Positions 26,501 through 39,341 of a DNA stretch of 64,000 nt are shown one piece after another. Each line of letters begins with the position of its first letter. The first letter of the stretch is position 1. The translations under genes were made by a program, and so were the position numbers. The notes beneath the pieces are model-generated. The model saw only the letters and a program-made list of their open reading frames with translations. It had not been told where the DNA came from and did not search any database. This DNA comes from Setoptus koraiensis (Eukaryota > Animalia > Arthropoda), in contig CM106585.1 of NCBI GenBank assembly GCA_048013815.1, forward strand, positions 12,462,001 to 12,526,000, written 5' to 3'.

Positions 26501-29500
26501 GGCACGTGGCTGCAGCAGCAAATCTAGTGCGCCGTCAAACTAGTCCAGCCACAAGTCCTCGCCGGTTCAGGCGCCAATGGTCATCGGGTGACATGCCTGA
26601 GAAAGATGAGACTTTCGGTGAGGGCGACGAGAATGCGCTCGGTACAAACAATGGACAAGATGATTCCCTGATGATGGAAGAATCCAATGTGCATCACAAC
26701 GTAATGTTGGCCTCATCTCCATCTTTGGCATCACCTACTTTGTCAACTGCATCATCAAGTAGATGGCCCGCATCAATGGAGTCAAGCCACTACTACGATG
26801 ATGACATGACAGGTGGTTTACCAAGTCAAAGTGGCCCTTCTGAAGATGACACGAGTTTAACGGAAAGTAGTCCCGAAAGTAGACAAGACAATTCAGATTT
26901 GAATGTTCAAGCGGCAATAAATGACGCTGCATTGTCTAACAATTTACTAGTTCAACAGTATTCAAGTATACTCATCAAATTATTCTCACATTTGACCAAA
27001 TTGAAGATACTGCAATTAGTTAGCAATGATCTACCCTACTTACCCGACAACTTATTAAATGATTCGCATCACTCACTGCAACGTTTATATCTGATGTCAA
27101 ACAAGATACGTTACGTGTCGGATGACGCATTACAACAGCAACATCATTTAGAAACACTCGATTTAACTAACAATCAGTTGAGACAGTTGTCACCAAAAAT
27201 TTTCAGGGATACTCAGAATCTCAAACAATTACGACTTCGTAGAAACTTACTCCGTTCTGTACCATCTAAATTGTTTGCGTATAATCAAAACAGATTGGAG
27301 ATAATAGACTTGGCTCAGAACCGTCATCTCAAACAAATACCCCTGGATCTTTTCTCATCCGCTGGTCTCAGTGTAACAAATTTAACCTTCAACGACTGCC
27401 AATTGAACGACTCATTGACAGCCCGCTCACCAGATCAATTATTTGCGTCCTTGCCAAATTTGATTGATCTCAACCTACAAGGTAATAGATTGCGTTCACT
27501 ATTGGCTAATGCAAATCTGTTTGCACGTAACAATCGTCTGCAGCGCATCAATATCAGCCGAAATCAGCTCAATCAGCTCAATGGAAATCTTTTCAACCAA
27601 AATGGTAGTCAAATTATTGAGCTCAATCTTAGTCATAACAAACTACAAGATCAATTGCCCAACCAATTTCTATTACATCTTAGGAAGTTACGTAAGCTGA
27701 ATCTGAGCCACAACAGATTTACACAGTTGCGATCCAATTTATTTGTTACTAATCAGCAATTGGAATATCTAGATTTATCACACAATCTACTTACCACTAT
27801 TAACACGGCCCAATCGCAGAATTTACCATTTGGATTGGGAGCCAGTCTGAAGTCATTGCAACTATCGCACAACAACCTTAGTCAATTCACTGAAGATATC
27901 ATCGATATCAACTGGACATTTTACAGTAAGTTACAGTTATTGGACCTGAGTCATAACAAGTTTGTTGGTAGGATATCAGTGCCAATATTTTACGTTATCA
28001 GTGATGAGTTGCATTTCAATTTAGGCCACAATTTTATCACCACCTTGGATGTACAAGCGTTGATGCAGCACGAGCAAACTCTCAGTCAATTTGCTAATAT
28101 ATCCCCAGCTTCGACAATTGATATGGTATCAGTCGATCTGAACACTGAATTTGAAAAAGATCGAAGACGTGAGCAGCGTCAGGTTACCACGGCTAAATTA
28201 CCTATTGTCGATTTTAAATTAACAGGTAATCCCATAGTGTGTGACTGTTTACTTGAACCTTTGGTGAGCTACTCACGAAGGGTTGCTGCAGCTACTAATC
28301 CTTCTGTGGCTGCCTCGATATTTTCATCTAGCAATGAACCTGCTTCAGCACAAATTGACTCTGCAACATCCACGGCAGCGGGATCTCGCTACTCGCTTTC
28401 TAATGGCGGAGCCTCCAGTAGCAGTACAACTACCTCGGCATCTACAGGAAAACAAAAGGCACAAATCAGCAGACAATCAGGAGTGCAGATCTTCTATCAG
28501 TTCAAGTTCAATGATCTATATTGTGCGCAACCGGTATCATTGCAGCAACAACTATTGAATCACGTCTCCATTGGAGATTTATTGTGTCCCATCAAGGACA
28601 CTAAATTATGCCCAAGCGAATGCCAGTGCCACTATCAATCGTCCTTCAAGACAGTTATTGTAGACTGTCACAATAGGAAATTAAGCACTATACCAAAGCA
28701 GTTGAGTCATATGGATAATTTCATACATTTTAGTGCTCAACCAGCCACATCGAGCTCTAACAAAATAGATGATGCTTCCACTGAGGCTCTGAGTAATATA
28801 TCCGATATTGACAAGCTGATTATCCGGCTTGATAGTAATCAACTCACCAACATGGATGCTTTGAGTCAACTATTCCAACCCATAGATGCCAATGATGCGA
28901 TTAATAACAATAACAATAACAATAATTTGCTGATGTCAGGCAACAATGCTGCAACATCATCGACGTCCGCAGACAATACGGAAAAAATGGAATCGACTGT
29001 TGTGACAAGCCAACCACAACGTCGCCAAGTTACAGTCACCACTCGGCCTCAGTCTCAATCTCTGACCATGGCAGCAAGAAATCAATCTGCACAAATCAAT
29101 CCGGAATCCGAGAATGCTACAAATCAAAGTAATAACCAAAAGAAAGTATTAATGTCACCTGTAGCTATGGGAAGACAATCGAACCAGAATAAACTATTAA
29201 CAAGACCGATTAGAAAGGCGTCGGTACAGCGCAGACAAGTTTGGATGCCGGCAACAACAGGCAATTCAGATGATGGTCTTTTAATGGAACCGGGCGCAAA
29301 TACTCAACATGGTGGCTTCGAAGTGGTTTTGGAGACATCAGAAGTATACAGATCCAAAAACTTCATGATGACATGCGAATTGTACTTAGATAACAATCAG
29401 ATAGAGACAATTTCCGACAGGTTTTTGCAACTACTGGATAAGATACCACAAACTTCGATGTCTTCTACAATGGGAATGACCTCACCTCAGTCAGCACTCC

Positions 29501-31950
29501 CCACCTCAATGCTAGCTCCGCCTCTTCACACTAAAATCAATGATGCTGTTGAAACACCGGTCATTGGTAATACAGTTAGTGAGAATGCGGGCGTCGATAA
29601 CAATCCCGTTCTTCCGCTGGGCACGAGAATCCCCAAACTGATGGCTGGGGGTGGTGATGAGCCTGGCATTAACGGAAATCAAGAGATTTCCCTATCAAGT
29701 ATGAGGAAAATCATGGTCCTGCCATCCCTGAAGATACTATCTCTAAGGAACAATCGCTTGCAATCCATTTCGAGCCAGACATTGAATCGTCTTAGTAAAC
29801 TTATCAAGTCCAGTCATACTAAGATATATCTTGGTCATAACCCGTACAACTGTAGTGACAATTTTTCGCCGGCCTCACAACAAAACTCGCAAGACCCACT
29901 GTTAATAAAAACTGATGAGCACCAAGCTTCCTCAGCATCAGCCTTGAATGATATCTCCAGTTCAGCTGTGCCTATGAATAACTTGTTGGAGCCGGCTGAA
30001 TGTCCGGTTGGACAACTCAAGAATTGGCTAACAGTGAATCACAACAACGTAGGAGATTTGGACGAAATCTATTGCACGCACATACCGGACGATCTGTTAG
30101 CAAAAATTGCGCCGGCACATGCAAACTCTAGATCGAACGGAACCACCAGTGAAGACCAGAGAAAGAACTTGAGTCCTCATTCGACTGACTCTAGTTTGGA
30201 CGAAATAAGCACCACGACTGCTAATTCAGTGACTGGGTCCCAGTCCAGTGAACCATCGACTTGGGAGCACGAACATCCCTGGTCTGGTTCATTGGCGATG
30301 TCAAGTAGCGTGGACAAAGCCGTAGTAGTTAGACAGAATGGTACCAATTCTAGCAACTTAGTGGGTGGAGATCAGTCGATGGCACCATATGTGAAACTGA
30401 TTGAAATCAATCTCTACGATCTGTGTCCTTATTCACCAGGTCTGCAACTGCAACATTTGGCTGGCCAGACTGGACTACTTTCTGCAAAGAGCCAACAAAT
30501 TTTGTTGAGTTTAACGATAGTGTTTATCTTGTTGACATTGTTACTGTTGATAATACTTATATATTTCGGTGATTATCAAACAATCATGGCATTCATCTAC
30601 ATACATATGCGACCCATCTATGTGTGTCTCAATCTTAACGAATCACATTTGGATGGTGATAAATTATACGACGCATTTGTATCATACTCAAGTTCTGATC
30701 GTGATATTGTTATGGAACTAATTGAAAAGTTGGAACAGCAGCAAGTGAGTTTAAATACTTCAGCTCCTACAAATCAGAGTGCTTATGACAACGTTGCTGA
30801 TGTCCTTGTTCAAGACTCCGACATATATTTCAAGCGAAATGTGCAACCACCGCAACCTCAGAGTAATAACCAACTACTGCAACAGAGAAGGACAAATTCG
30901 TTTCAAGATTTAAATACCATGACCAGATCAACAAGTCGCATAATGATGAATGAAGACAGTGCCTCGTCTATCGATCAGATTAACCAGGTGGGGTCAGTTT
31001 CAGATTGGACAAAGCACGAAGAGGCAAATGCCAAACAAAAGGAGTCAACAGGTTATAAGTTGTGCATACATGAACGTGATTGGCTTCCTGGCCATTTGAT
31101 TAGCTGGAATATAGTTAATTCCGTGCAGAATTCGCGCAGAACAATATTAATTCTATCTAAAGAGTTTATACAATCCATATGGTTTAAAGTGGAATTTCAC
31201 ACTGCTTACTATCAAATGTTGGAAGATAAAATTGATAGATTGATTGTGATAGTGCGAGGCGAAATGCCCCCCAAGGAAGAAATGGACAAGGACTTAGCCT
31301 TCCTTCTAACTACAAAAACCTATCTGACGTGGGGCGAAAAATGGTTCTGGGAGCGGCTCCATTATGCTCTGCCTCACAAATCAATGCCACCGCCATCAAA
31401 AATGGTTTCATCTAGCAATACACTGGTAGATTTAGCTAAAAAGAAGCAGAGACTAGCTAAGCGACAGCAACAGCAAGTACATCAAACACCTACACCTCAG
31501 AAGCCTTTACTAATGTCTAGTATAGGCAAGGATTGCTCTAATCTACTTTTACCGATTCACCAACAGCAGCAACAATCTCCGTTAAATACTAGAAGCAATA
31601 GTCAAGTGCTTATGCAAACAACTGAGAATCTCGGTTCGCCTCAGCAGACTTTGGAGATCACTAGGAGTAATGATCAACTGATGAATAGCACTGATAGTGG
31701 TCGAGCTACATGCAGCACTCTCACCGGCGGTGGTGTCTCTTCAACGCGCATTATGGTAAAGTCTAATCCCGATATGAGTGGAAACCTTAACCCATCATCT
31801 AATGAAAATGCAAGCAATGGAACGTTGATAGCTGCGCCAGTGCCTAAATCTAAAGTGAGAACAAACAAAACTGCTGGCCAATCGCAACGACAGCTTCAGA
31901 ACTATGTTGACAAGACCATCAGCAATCATTTTAATCTGTCTGAGCTTTGA
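23582..31950 (+). CDS. Tl: Toll receptor, exon 2 (LRRs, two Cys clusters, TM helix, TIR); full protein about 3,339 aa
   Basis: Acceptor gacag|GC TTC (phase 1) joins ...MFQG|FNVDEIGTFTLNNCPLP. LRR block at ~26970-28080; GNPIVCDC...CPSECQC...VDC LRRCT/LRRNT pair; second LRRCT GHNPYNC...DLCP; TM at ~30505-30570; TIR from DKLYDAFVSYS through KLCIHERDWLPG to WFWERLHYALP. The two-cluster architecture is Toll-1 type; exact orthology is not established. Confidence 0.95.
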
Positions 31951-32910
31951 ATTTTTACATGAGGTTTAGACACTTTGAATCGGCTTGCAGAGAGACAACG
32001 CACAACCCAAATGATTGATGTGTAAATATTCGAAAAAGAAAACGTACGGAAAAGTCTGAATTTTCAAGTTAAGTGACATAACAAGATTGGTAACTCTAAT
32101 CAACGCTAGTATATAGTGTCAATAATCCAAATGACGTTACATTCATATCTCACCTCTAGGCTCAGCAACCTACCTTATAACTAATTTTCATTGATTGTCT
32201 GAGTTTGGCTAGGGAGAAAAGTTGAGATTTCCCACAAGGGGACAATAATATTGTGATAGTTGATAATAAATTTATCTAAATATATATAAAAATTACTCTA
32301 AATCTATTAATTATAGTGTACTGTTGGCTAAACATGTATGTCGGCAACTAAAACTACTACAAGACTATACTAAATCTAAACCAAATGTATCTCACTATAA
32401 AATAAGTTATGTCGCTTGATTGTAGAAAAATTATCTCTCACCCTGGTTACTATTTCTTATCATGCAATCAGTGATAAAGACATATCAAAATATAACAATC
32501 ATTCGCATTGTAGGAATTGTTCTTGTGATGAATAATAAAATAAAGAATATGTGATCACAATATAGCTCGATATTTTTGTTGTTCAAGATTTTTTGCTTCA
32601 ACTTCACACTCGATCGTAAACTTCTAAATTAATCTTTACAGTTTAGCTTTTCTCTTCATGGTTTGTTAGTCTTCTTCAAGACTTGATAGACTTTGTTTGG
32701 TAGATTGACCAGTGAAAACCAAACAAGTAGCACTGGTCAGTCCTGCTTTCATGTCTGAATTCTTGCTGCAGCCCTCTCGTTGATATTTGTTCATTTTGAA
32801 AAGGACTGGAATTTATTCATGAAATTGGCCGAATATCGTGAACAAATTTCAGTCCCCAAAGAGCTGGAACGGAATTCATCCTAGGACTAACCAAGTACTA
32901 CTTAGTCGGT

Positions 32911-33277
32911 TCAAATGGTCTTCAGAGTGACTGTTGGTATTCTTCCATTTTGTGCTTGGATTAAATTACTAAGTTGTAGAGTTCGTTGCTTCTGGGAGTG
33001 AATAGTTAATTTGGAATCTGTTTCTCTGTCCCTTTTTTCTGTCAAACAAAATGAAAGTTATTTTTTCGTACGTGGCTGTATGTGTGTTGTTAGATTGAAT
33101 AGGGGTCAATTGAATTTGTTGCAATAAAATCAACAAAGTAGTAATTTGCGATTGGTAGTTGGAAGTGAACGTGCTATGTTTGCATTGATCATGTTGGCGC
33201 CTGCATTCACCGTTCAATGGAAACATTTTGAGTTCGCGCAACAACTTGGTTCGACGGCTCCCGAATCGGAGCATCAT
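32911..33277 (-). CDS. Possible two-exon orphan microprotein, join(33277..33211, 33038..32911), 64 aa
   Basis: ATG, phase-1 donor AACG|gtgaat, strong acceptor ttcattttgtttgacag|, frame preserved to TGA, and AATAAA about 95 nt downstream. No recognisable homology. Confidence 0.2.
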
Positions 33278-36200
33278 ACTGATTTCATTTTAATATGATT
33301 TGATGTTAATCTGACTGGTATTTTAACTAGTCAGCATATTGGAGTCCTTTTGAATACACTCTTGATGAAAAACAATAGAATTGAAAATGAAAGTAGTGCA
33401 CACTGTCACCTATGCCATTGTAGTGATATAACTAATGTTATATATCAGCCATTGTTGATGGAGGCATATTGTGAGTATTCGCACAACTCATCAACAAGTG
33501 ATGGCAGATACACATTTGAGATATTATTAGTATGCTACTCGATTCAAGTGACGAAATGATAATAATCGTTTCACTTGTTGTTCGAGTGTGTGTTTGTGTG
33601 TATGTGTGTGGACAGCATAACATCAACTATAGTGGATTGGTCTATATTTGTCAGTTATATTTGGACATCTTCTGACTGGGAGCAATCATTTATTTGATAG
33701 AACGACATAAGAGAGAAGAAGAACAGGCTAGTCTTCATCAAAAAGATCCTAAACGATGAGTTATACCGACGTGTCAATATATCACCATGCCTTCTCTCTT
33801 TCTCTGTAACAATTGCGCTCAATGGTATCGGTCACATTAGTAGTTATTGACTCACTGGCTCACTTGTTGATCTAAAATAACTGACTGAATATCGAATGTC
33901 GACGCCAAACTATCACTCAATAAACACTAATATAGTTCACTAATAAGTGAGTTAGTGAGTCAAGCACCAAAGAGAATAGAACAGGGAGATTCCAATGTAT
34001 GAGTATGTGTATCACGTAGCTAAATCATCACTAAAATTAATGGCATTGTCGCTGTCACACAGTGTAGTTGACAAAGATAAATTAAATGGGAGAAATATGG
34101 GTTGACACTAACTCACAAAGTAGTTGTTGTTGTCATAGATAATAAGAGCAAGAAAATTACATCTGGTCGCCTCTTGATTGATTGATTTCAGCAGTCGACA
34201 ATATTTCATGCGTTTGTATTGCCAGTTGTTGTGTCCAATTTGTAGTTGTTGTCTTTGTGAGTTTATTTATATCTCTAGAACTATCAAACATTCACATTAC
34301 ACACATTTGTTCGCCTAGTTCGCGTAGCGATAAACAGTACAACAAGTATAATTGTACACACACAACAAGTAAAGAGCATTATACGGCAGTGCTCGATATA
34401 AACAATAATAGTTTTTACTTATTCAGCCCTATGTATGCTATTATTGTTTGCTTATCTCATCAATTTAATGATGTCATCAATGACTATCGTCATTTAATAC
34501 CTACTTCTTAGTCATGAACGATCATGTTAAACGAACTGTTACAAAAAAAGCACGATGATGATGATAGGCAGTGGGATAGCATTTGTTTGTTCGGTTGCAA
34601 ATATTGCAACACCAAGCATTATGTGTCACAATGATTTACGCAAGTGGCGAACCTATTCAAATAGGAGCTTGTGGTTGTGATTAACGATTGGCCATCCAGT
34701 GGGCGCCGATGTCCAGTGTCAAGTCTTACGCAATACTGTCTTTAGAGAGCGCGAACAATAATTTCGATAACTCGTGATAATGCCAAGTTGGGCCAAAAGT
34801 GACACAGACTTTCACAACATTCGAATTTGTCGATGTGTAGATGGCGCCACATCTGACCGTCAACTGGGCCACTCAATTTGTCGACGGTTCCTTTGTTACG
34901 TCATGGGAACACCATGGTCGCTCAACATTAACGGGCCAGCCTGTTAAAAAAGATTCGTGCCACAATAGCCGTGGAGTGAGACACTGCAAACACAAACACT
35001 GCGCGCAAATTATCAGTACAGTATAGTGCGATGGCGAACACAAAAGAATGATAGTTTGTTGGCGAGACCATTGAGTTAAGTTGAACGATAGCGTTGAGCC
35101 GACAATGGTATGGTTGCACACTGACAACGTCAACACAATTTTCCGGACACGAGCCAGGCTTGTAGTGTCTAGCTGAATGCGATTTCGCGGGACGAATGAC
35201 GCGCTGGCTATACAAAACCTAAAAATAGCTGAATGTGTTATATGGGAGCTGCTGGTATGTGTGTATGACGGTTGTTGTTGTTGGCGTAGTGTTGTAGCAG
35301 CATCATTAGTTTCTCATCAACATATAAAGAGATATTTGCGCAAATACAAACACTGTATGCAACACTGCAGTAGCTGTGGCCCACCGAGGACCGGCCGCTC
35401 TAACACTGGCCTGGTACTCATGCCGAGGGCGCTACTTGTTTGTGGTGGCACCGTTTGGTGTTGTTGTCGCCGTTGTTGTTTTGTAGCGAAAGCACTGAGA
35501 CGTAAACGAGCCACCAGTGTAGTTACGTAAGCTTTGCGTCAGCGTGACACCCACATGGTGAGCCAGCAGCAGCAGCAACAACAACAGACATTCCGATTAT
35601 ATCCACTGCTGGATGTTTGTGCTTTGTTGCGTAACCGGCCGCCAGTGTTTGTCAGAGTGTGTGTGCTGTAACGGTAGTCTGGGTGACTCGTGTGTCTCGA
35701 TGACCTCTGTCAGCAATCATTTGCGAGCAAACACTGCAGCATCACATGGCCAGTGCTGATGAGAGAGGGAGCGAGTGCTCTGCTGTGACCCGATTACTAA
35801 GGCCACGAAAACCCGTTATGATTACGTAGCAATCATACCACTTAAATGGCACTTTATCAATGGATAGCTCCACTCGGGCTAGCACAACCGTCATTGCTCA
35901 CGATTGTCAGCACTGGCAATAGGTGCTGACTTTTGTTGCTGTTCCGTGTGGATATTCATCTTGCCATCAGTGACTGAAGTGGGTTCGCATACAACTTCTT
36001 CTACATATGGTATGCATGTGTCGGTGCGCAAGTGAATACGTGCGAGCACCGATATCCACCGGTGAATATCGGTGCCGGCAATTGTCGTCGGGTATCTCAA
36101 GTGGATTGTGCGATATGGCGATGTGTGTTCAAGTTATTTTCGCATGGGCGCCCCACTTATATCGATGGCCGCCAGCAATGGGTCGATGCCGTTCGGCGGC

Positions 36201-38220
36201 TGATGCTGTTCGCTTGTTGTTGTCGTTGTCTCAGAAAGTTCAATATAAATACGATTTGTCATTTTGTTTGTTGCACAACTAACGGCAGCAACTGCATGTC
36301 TGGCGCACTTAATCTTAATCCAGTCGCTTGTTGTGTCATGCCGGCGGCGCGATGGAAAACAAGCAAGCGCTCGTGACTCGGCACCGAGGAAAACAATTCA
36401 CCGAGGCCGCCCCATGACAAGATAATTGCCATGACACACACACACACACACACACACACAACAAGCCAGCGGCATCAATAAGTGATGAGGACGCGCACAG
36501 AGGGCAGAAAATTACGTAATGGCACGCGAGAGGCGCATATATTTATATATATATATATATATATATGTGCGTATGTATAAGATGATATTTCGATATATGA
36601 GGAGTGGGCAACGGATTAGAATTGAGCAAGCAAGCAAGCTGGCTTACTTGCGACGGCCTCGATTCTGACGCAACAATCCACTTGCTACAGCGACAACGAA
36701 AACAACAACCTTGTAGAGACACACACACACACACGAGCAACGAGAAAATCGGCGAGCCGGCACTGTTAACAAGATTATCACGTCGGAAGCGGACAACAGT
36801 GCGTGCGTAATTACGCAACCATAGCTCGTTTATAGGAACTGGGGCCCCGTTCGCATGGACGCATCCATCAAAGTGGCCCAACGGCGCCCAGTGATACGAC
36901 GCGTATGCGCGCGATGCTTCAGTATGCGCGTTTTTTGTTCAGCACACATCCGGTGAGTTTGTTTCGAATCCGCCAGGGCGGCGCACTTTGATTTTGTGGT
37001 GCGATGCCAGTGGGTAGCAGTTAGTTTTGGGCACCACTTATCTGCAGAATCTGTGGGCATGATTGCGCCAGGAGTCAAGTGACATGGCGTTGTTGGCACG
37101 AAAGCAAAAAAGAGAAACATTTAGTAGCGTAAAACTGTGTTTGTGTGACGGCATTCCGCGTCGCTTTGTGCGCCCCTCACGGATTTCCAACGAAGCCACC
37201 GGAAAGAGCGCGGTCACAATGCAGCAAGGGACAGCCAGTTAGTGCGGCCAGACAGAGAACGAAGCAATAGCAAAAAACAAAGCAACTGCGTGCTTGCTAA
37301 CTGTTTGTGCCTCGCCAAAACAATACGCCACCCATCATACATCATCTAATCACGTGCCCCAGAGCGCCATTTATTTTATATATATCATACAGACGCGGCA
37401 AGGCTCAACGCGTGCATGTGCGAGCTCAGTAATGGGTTGGCAAGCCGATCCATTGTTGTTGTGTGGCTCAGATGAATGACACCACTATTCTTTTGATGAT
37501 TGTGTTTGTTGTTCGCTCGCTCGCTCCTTTTGTTCGTTAGTTGTTTCGCCGGATCTTTGGTGGCTCGCGCGCGCGCGCGCTGAGCCGGCCGGCTTTTGAC
37601 CGCGGGCCCCCGCCCAGCGCGCCCCGCCATTGATGGATGGGCAGGCCGGGCACAGAGCGTGCGGCGTTGGCGTTCATTTGTGTCGTAATGCTTGTGGACT
37701 GTGTCAACTGTCACCAGTGGCCAGTGACCAGTCAACGACAAGGCCAGCGGCGCATGTGACACGAAGTAACTTCTGGTCCGATACACACACTGGCACATTG
37801 TTGTCATTGTTGCGCAACACTGACCACTGGCCGGCTGCAGCCGGGTGGCCTTTTCGGCCAAAGTGGCCGCGCTAACTGGCCAGCAAACTGCGATTGCAAA
37901 TTGCCCTTTGCGACTCGCAAACTGCGAGCATTTTTTTGTAAACGGCGCTCGCTTCCAGCCAGAAGAGTCGCGTTGTTTGTTTTGAGTGTGTCGCGCGACG
38001 AAAGTCGCGCGACAGAGGTCAGACGACAGAAGGGGGCGCGTGGCGCGACACACGAGCGAAGCCGCAAGTGGGGCGAGTGTGACGAGAATTGATTAGTGGC
38101 ACTCTCATTAGCATGTTCGCGTCGTTATGGCTCCATACTGCGGAGTCCATGGGCCCGTTCACCTGGCCGGTGCCATACCGGCGGCGCGCACGCGACACGC
38201 TCGTCCGAATCGCGACCGCC

Positions 38221-38335
38221 TATTTAGTTGTTTGGCCCATTCAGTTATTCAGTTGTTTAGCTATTCAGTTTTTTAGCTATTTAGCTGTTTAGTTGTTTGG
38301 CTTATTTAGCTGTTTGGCTTATTTAGTTGTTTGGC
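38221..38335. repeat. Degenerate 8-9-bp tandem repeat (TTAGYTGT / TTAGCTAT family) downstream of tetraspanin A
   Basis: About 12 imperfect units visible directly. Confidence 0.7.
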
Positions 38336-38442
38336 GTGTTTGTTGGTTGAAATGGCAATGGCAATTGTGAGCTATTTTAATTGTTGAACTGTCACAAATA
38401 TAAGCGCTAGTGAGCGCACACAGACAAGCACGCCGATAATAA

Positions 38443-39341
38443 CTAATGGTTGGCCGCTTGGTGGTGGCCCGAGCGCGTGCCGCAACCGCTGATGCAAGCA
38501 ATGAGAGCCAGCGGCACGCTCAATGCCATGGCCAGCACCAGTGTGCCGAGAACCAAAAATATGGGCCCGTAAGCGATTCGCAGGCAGCCCATTTGGCTGT
38601 CACTGTGCGAACAATACTGATTGTCTGATCCGTCGACCTCTGGATCCTTGCAACACGATTTAGCAAAACTGTGCCGGTTCGGCGACAGCGGTAGCCAGTC
38701 TTTGGGGCTGCTGAGGCCGCAGCACACGTGATCCGCTTGCAGTTGGTCCCAAAATGCGTTCACTGTGCTGTTGTCGCCCTTCTTGAAACTGTATTTCGAC
38801 AGGCTGCTGTTTAGCTTTTCCGAGAACTTTAGCTCTGACTCCTGTTGGCTGGGCAAATACGCCACCACAACCACGCACACCACAATGTTTACCACCAGCA
38901 ACAGGGTGAACTGTCCGTCGGTCCATTTGGTCATCGCGGCCGTTCGCGCCATTTGGTCGATTTGGGCGATTTGGGCGATTTGGGCGAATGGTATCAGTAA
39001 TAAATTAATTATCGGATTAATTAATAAATTAATTAATGATCGGGCGCATGAACAAAGACTGGCTCGTCTGGAGCGGGGCTACTTACGAAACGGATGACGC
39101 GCTTGTTGTTGTAGAAGGCGCCCAGCGAGCCGGCCACTGTCAGCACTATCAAGTAGACGGCACAAGCGAACAGGTAGCTCAGGTTCTGCTTCCAATCGGG
39201 CGCGTCCAATTGCGTGTAAAACGAGCGCACCCAACTCACCTCGGCGGCCAGACCGACGGCCACTATGCCCAACAGGAGACTGCCGAAGAACAGCAGCAAC
39301 CTGAAGGAGCCCGTGATACAGGTGAAGATTTGTTGGCACAT
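38443..39341 (-). CDS. Divergent tetraspanin A; join(39341..39087, 38910..38443), 240 aa
   Basis: Four hydrophobic helices. EC2 has FWDQLQADHVCCG...DW...SCC...C...GC, the tetraspanin CCG signature with 6 Cys. Phase-0 intron TTC|gtaagt...gacag|TTC. Confidence 0.9.

Noticed and set aside
33248-33275. GGTTCGA T-loop-like word
   Set aside because: No cloverleaf can be built. I found no tRNA, rRNA, snRNA or CRISPR array in the window.
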